43,825 nt of DNA from an uncultured archaeon (GTDB lineage: Archaea > Thermoproteota > CALKCG01 > B24), in the NCBI GenBank assembly GCA_938082915.1, contig CALKCG010000039.1, positions 1 to 43,825 of the forward strand, given 5' to 3'. The notes below the pieces were generated by a model. It had not been told where the DNA came from, did no database searches, and saw only the letters and a list, made by a program, of their open reading frames with translations. Made by a program: the position numbers and the translations under genes. This document shows positions 42,429-43,825 of this stretch, piece by piece. Positions within the stretch are counted from its first letter, which is position 1; each line of letters opens with the position of its first letter.

Positions 42429-42935
42429 TTAAGTGATGCTTGCCCCTTTTGGGATTATTGTTGAGAAGTCTATTTCCTTTTTTCGCTCAAGCCACATGAC
42501 GATGAAAATATGTCTATCCGCCGAATAGTAAAGTATATCGTTTCTTCTGGCAACGTTAAAAAGAAGATTTAGGGATTGTGAGATTCCTTTCGGTGAAAGT
42601 ATTATAGAATAGAAGGGTAAGGCAACTTTACTATATCCTAATAATTGTGAGAGATCTCTAAGGTTAATCCTGCCAAGTTTACATTCTATAAACCCTAAAT
42701 GTGCTTCTTTGCCCGGCTTCACAATGACTCCCGTTACGTCAACCTCTACTTCGTATGTTTGGTAATCCGGAAAGTAATTATGGAAGCCTTTCTCAAGAAG
42801 CCATTTCGATAAAACCTTTTTGGACGTGTCTTCAACGTATATCTTAGCGTTTTTAAACTTACTCTGCAACATTTTCTTGAACCATGAGCAGACATCAGAA
42901 TACATTTCTTTCTCGTTTTTATACAAGTTGTTCAC
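42429..42935 (-). CDS. PD-(D/E)xK nuclease-fold protein (168 aa)
   Basis: YEVEVDVTGVIV...(12 aa)...GFIECKLGRIN gives the D...E-x-K core with flanking hydrophobic strands. Sits 26 nt downstream of the co-directional 42962 gene. Confidence 0.5.
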   Translation of the reverse strand: MNNLYKNEKEMYSDVCSWFKKMLQSKFKNAKIYVEDTSKKVLSKWLLEKGFHNYFPDYQTYEVEVDVTGVIVKPGKEAHLGFIECKLGRINLRDLSQLLGYSKVALPFYSIILSPKGISQSLNLLFNVARRNDILYYSADRHIFIVMWLERKKEIDFSTIIPKGASIT

Positions 42936-42961
42936 TTTTCCCCTCTCTTCTTAGATTTCAC

Positions 42962-43825
42962 TCATTTTGTTAGCCGTTTATGGTTTTTAACAAAGTTCGC
43001 GTATCTGATGCAGCCTAAATCAGCACAAATTTGCCAGTAAGAATCATAATGTTTTCCTCGAATTTCTGGAGGCAGTTTCTCGGAATTTTCAGAGGGGTGT
43101 CTTGGCTTAGTTTTCCCTCTTTTTGGTGGATTACAAAAGTTTGCTTTTGCAAATCCTTTCTCCTTGTTATATTCAGCGAGTTCTTCAAGTATTTCTTGTT
43201 TATGGGAAATGTAGAAGCCTATTTTTTCAAAGTCATCTGCAAAAATCTTTATTTGATGTTCTCTCGCCCAAGCATCTTTTCTTCCAGCTTTATACTCCTT
43301 CAAGCTTGGGTCTCTAGTGTTGGGGTGTCCCCATTGTATAACATCCACAGGAATTCCTAAATGATCTTGCAAAAGATTGCATATTTGAACTGGTAAACGC
43401 CAATTAGATGGACTGTTGAGGACATCCAAGTAAACCCTGCATTTTCCCCATCTGTTCCTGTTCGCCCACCTTGCAGATCCTGCTACGTCTGCAAATCCTC
43501 GAATAAATTCCTTCTTTATGGAATCGCTTGACTCGAAAATCTGATTTGGAACTTCAAATTCGTAATAGGAACTTTTTCCTTTCATAAGCATCTTAACGTT
43601 CCGCAGAAACATCGTGTTTTTCAGAGTCTCAAGCACTAAGTGTACTGAACGTTCGCTCTCAATTTTTCTGACATTAATATCTACAAGTTCATTAATTCTG
43701 TTTATTATATTGTCCAAGCTCAACAGTATTTTATCCTTTTGAGTGATCTTCTTCTTTATTCCCTCTACCTCTAGATTTTTAAAAGGGAATTCTATGGAAA
43801 TCCGCTTTACTCCTCCATGTTCGGA
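42962..43825 (-). CDS. Protein with a degenerate LAGLIDADG-like motif; reading frame open to the window edge (may be 5'-partial)
   Basis: KKEFIRGFADVAGSARW aligns to LAGLIDADG with the second acidic residue replaced by Ala. The later LLQDHLGIPVDV resembles the homing-endonuclease core. The track starts at TTG 43723, but the frame has no stop up to 43825. Confidence 0.4.
   Translation of the reverse strand, partial: SEHGGVKRISIEFPFKNLEVEGIKKKITQKDKILLSLDNIINRINELVDINVRKIESERSVHLVLETLKNTMFLRNVKMLMKGKSSYYEFEVPNQIFESSDSIKKEFIRGFADVAGSARWANRNRWGKCRVYLDVLNSPSNWRLPVQICNLLQDHLGIPVDVIQWGHPNTRDPSLKEYKAGRKDAWAREHQIKIFADDFEKIGFYISHKQEILEELAEYNKEKGFAKANFCNPPKRGKTKPRHPSENSEKLPPEIRGKHYDSYWQICADLGCIRYANFVKNHKRLTK

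Noticed and set aside
1-43825. Looked for CRISPR arrays, rRNA and tRNA genes across the whole window, including intergenic gaps 32460-32740, 34010-34224 and 37143-37684.
   Set aside because: I found no regularly spaced direct repeats, no rRNA-like conserved blocks and no cloverleaf-compatible sequence with T-loop consensus by eye. A tRNAscan/Infernal run would be needed for certainty.

Overview
The window looks archaeal. Evidence is an Ard1-type acetyltransferase, a TBP-domain remnant, a PEF-CTERM sorting signal, TATA-like promoters, frequent GTG/TTG starts and tightly overlapping operons. It splits into two parts.

(1) Positions 1-15.7 kb are ordinary chromosomal genes. They include a GH116-type glycosidase fragment, an Ntn asparaginase-family hydrolase, and two loci that each pair a giant beta-sandwich surface protein with an ABC exporter. 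A URO-D-like protein, a Gfo/Idh/MocA oxidoreductase and a GNAT acetyltransferase complete this part.

(2) From 15.7 kb to the window end is an accessory region. It opens with an intact tyrosine integrase whose stop codon sits 4 nt from the acetyltransferase stop. A visibly more G+C-rich integrated-element core follows: RHH proteins, a Cas4-family nuclease, and a large P-loop/wHTH replication-type protein. After it comes a defence-island-like stretch.

The most interesting content is a six-gene translationally coupled operon at 23927-32453. Its genes are a wHTH, an EndoIII-like Fe-S HhH protein, a DUF1156 Zn-ribbon methyltransferase, a DUF499-type 1060-aa ATPase, a miniature PglZ-like protein and a 160-aa unknown. 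I read it as a compact BREX-like system with an unusual composition. Next in interest is a DCD (PUA/EVE-like modified-base reader) gene coupled to a Zn-ribbon SF1 helicase at 34225-37142.

Other items:
- an intact TnpB with only an HTH stub as partner
- a frameshifted single-repeat TBP-like gene beside a zinc-ribbon gene
- several decayed genes
- a PD-(D/E)xK plus degenerate LAGLIDADG-like gene pair at the right edge

I found no rRNA, tRNA or CRISPR array. All family assignments come from motifs read by eye in the translations and need HMM or structure confirmation.
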